From NCBI GenBank assembly GCA_964495055.1, contig CAZBUI010000002.1:1-41671 (forward strand): 41,671 bases of DNA. Reading direction: 5' to 3'. The notes under the pieces were generated by a model, which saw only the letters and a list, made by a program, of their open reading frames with translations, ran no database searches and was not told where the DNA came from. Every line of letters begins with the position of its first letter. Within the stretch, counting starts at the first letter, position 1. Positions 41,052-41,671 of the stretch are shown here, piece after piece. The position numbers were made by a program, and so were the translations under genes. The DNA comes from an uncultured Candidatus Bathyarchaeia archaeon. GTDB lineage: Archaea; Thermoproteota; Bathyarchaeia; TCS64.

Positions 41052-41671
41052 ATGAAGACCAAGTTAATCGCCCTTGCGTTTTTACTCTTGCTCTTATCGG
41101 CGCCGCTGACCCAGGTTGTGTACGCCGAGGACGCCCTTGGCGGCGAGGACACTGGAGACGGTACTGACGGTGATGGGACCGGAGACGGTACCGGAGACGG
41201 GGAAGATGGTGACGGTACTGGAGACGAAGAAGATGGCGGAGACGGCAACATCGATCCGCTTGTCTACCAGCAGATAAAAGAGGACACCGAGGCAAGGTGG
41301 TGGAATCTCTACTATCTCTACACCGGCCAGCAAGGCGGTGAAGAGGACGGCGACGGAGAAGACGGGGACGGCGATGGAACAGGCGACTACGACGGCCCAG
41401 AGATCCCGGAGGACTTGGACCCCGAGCTCAGAAACCAGCTCATGAACGCGTGGATGGAGATGACGCAGGCAGCCGAGATGGAGGGAGAAAACCTGCAGAC
41501 GGCCGCGCAGCAGCACCTGCGGGTCATGAGAGTTCTAAGGAACTCCTGGAGGAAGTACCAGAAGGACAACCCGGACGTCGTGGATGACACGACCGAGCCC
41601 CCGGACGAGACCGGGGATGGCGGCGACGAGCTCCCCCCGGAGCCCACTGAGGAGGAGTTAACCGAGATCCA
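41052..41671 (+). CDS. 3'-truncated secreted acidic protein with Asp/Gly/Thr-rich repeats
   Basis: This ORF is not in the ORF track because it runs off the window end. From ATG 41052 I read MKTKLIALAFLLLLLSAPLTQVVYA/EDALGGEDTGDGTDGDGTGDGTGDGEDGDGTGDEEDGGDGNIDP... with no in-frame stop to 41671. It has a clear signal peptide. Confidence 0.65.
   Translation, partial: MKTKLIALAFLLLLLSAPLTQVVYAEDALGGEDTGDGTDGDGTGDGTGDGEDGDGTGDEEDGGDGNIDPLVYQQIKEDTEARWWNLYYLYTGQQGGEEDGDGEDGDGDGTGDYDGPEIPEDLDPELRNQLMNAWMEMTQAAEMEGENLQTAAQQHLRVMRVLRNSWRKYQKDNPDVVDDTTEPPDETGDGGDELPPEPTEEELTEI

Noticed and set aside
40772-41251. 159-aa minus-strand ORF with an SPVPSP-rich N-terminus; also 41094-41516 and 41387-41647 on the minus strand.
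   Set aside because: These are antisense translations of the D/G/T-repeat coding region. They overlap the 3' end of the wHTH regulator gene and the intergenic promoter, and they have no start context.
41140-41400. Short tandem GGAGACGG-type repeats, considered as a CRISPR or satellite array.
   Set aside because: The units are 9-12 nt, imperfect and in frame, and they encode the (G-D-G-T)n acidic repeat of a secreted protein. There is no repeat-spacer architecture.

Overview
This looks like an archaeal chromosomal segment. Coding DNA is GC-rich and intergenic DNA is AT-rich. TATA-like boxes sit about 25-35 nt upstream of first-gene starts, and internal operon genes have SD-like sites or 4-nt ATGA start/stop overlaps. 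I call about 37 protein genes and one RNA gene, a type-A RNase P RNA on the minus strand at 12956-13256 that the ORF track only shows as shadow ORFs.

Gene content from left to right:
- a 5'-truncated GNAT-OB fusion ORF
- a DEDD-like exonuclease
- a peptide-utilisation block: M24 peptidase, oppFDCB-type ABC operon, and a divergent family-5 binding protein with a PGF-CTERM-like anchor
- RidA
- a frameshifted 2TM-PH remnant
- a DUF1724/FilR1-type regulator and a UbiA prenyltransferase
- a REC-PAS response regulator
- rnpB
- a split SAM methyltransferase
- purB
- a compact aspartate-to-homocysteine cluster: COG1900-CBS, NIL-ferredoxin, COG2122, aspartokinase, asd
- a tightly overlapped five-gene MoxR / DUF58 / transglutaminase-like membrane operon
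- arginine deiminase
- an LLM-class oxidoreductase
- purH split into two ORFs, a DUF3604/PHP-like protein, and guaB
- an orphan molybdopterin oxidoreductase with a B3/4-domain protein
- an LDH-like Rossmann protein
- a membrane-anchored wHTH regulator
- a 3'-truncated secreted acidic repeat protein

I found no CRISPR array, transposase, integrase, tRNA or rRNA.

The best candidate for an uncharacterised system is the MoxR-DUF58-TGase-like operon (20957-27422). Its transglutaminase core appears to lack the catalytic Cys and His, and it includes two family-less polytopic membrane proteins. Secondary leads are a recurring intergenic motif (ATACGTGTCAAGT), repeat-flanked TATA boxes upstream of purB, the GNAT-OB fusion, a DUF3604 gene embedded among purine genes, and several genes with frameshift or start-codon anomalies.

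All family assignments come from motif reading by eye. No database search was run.
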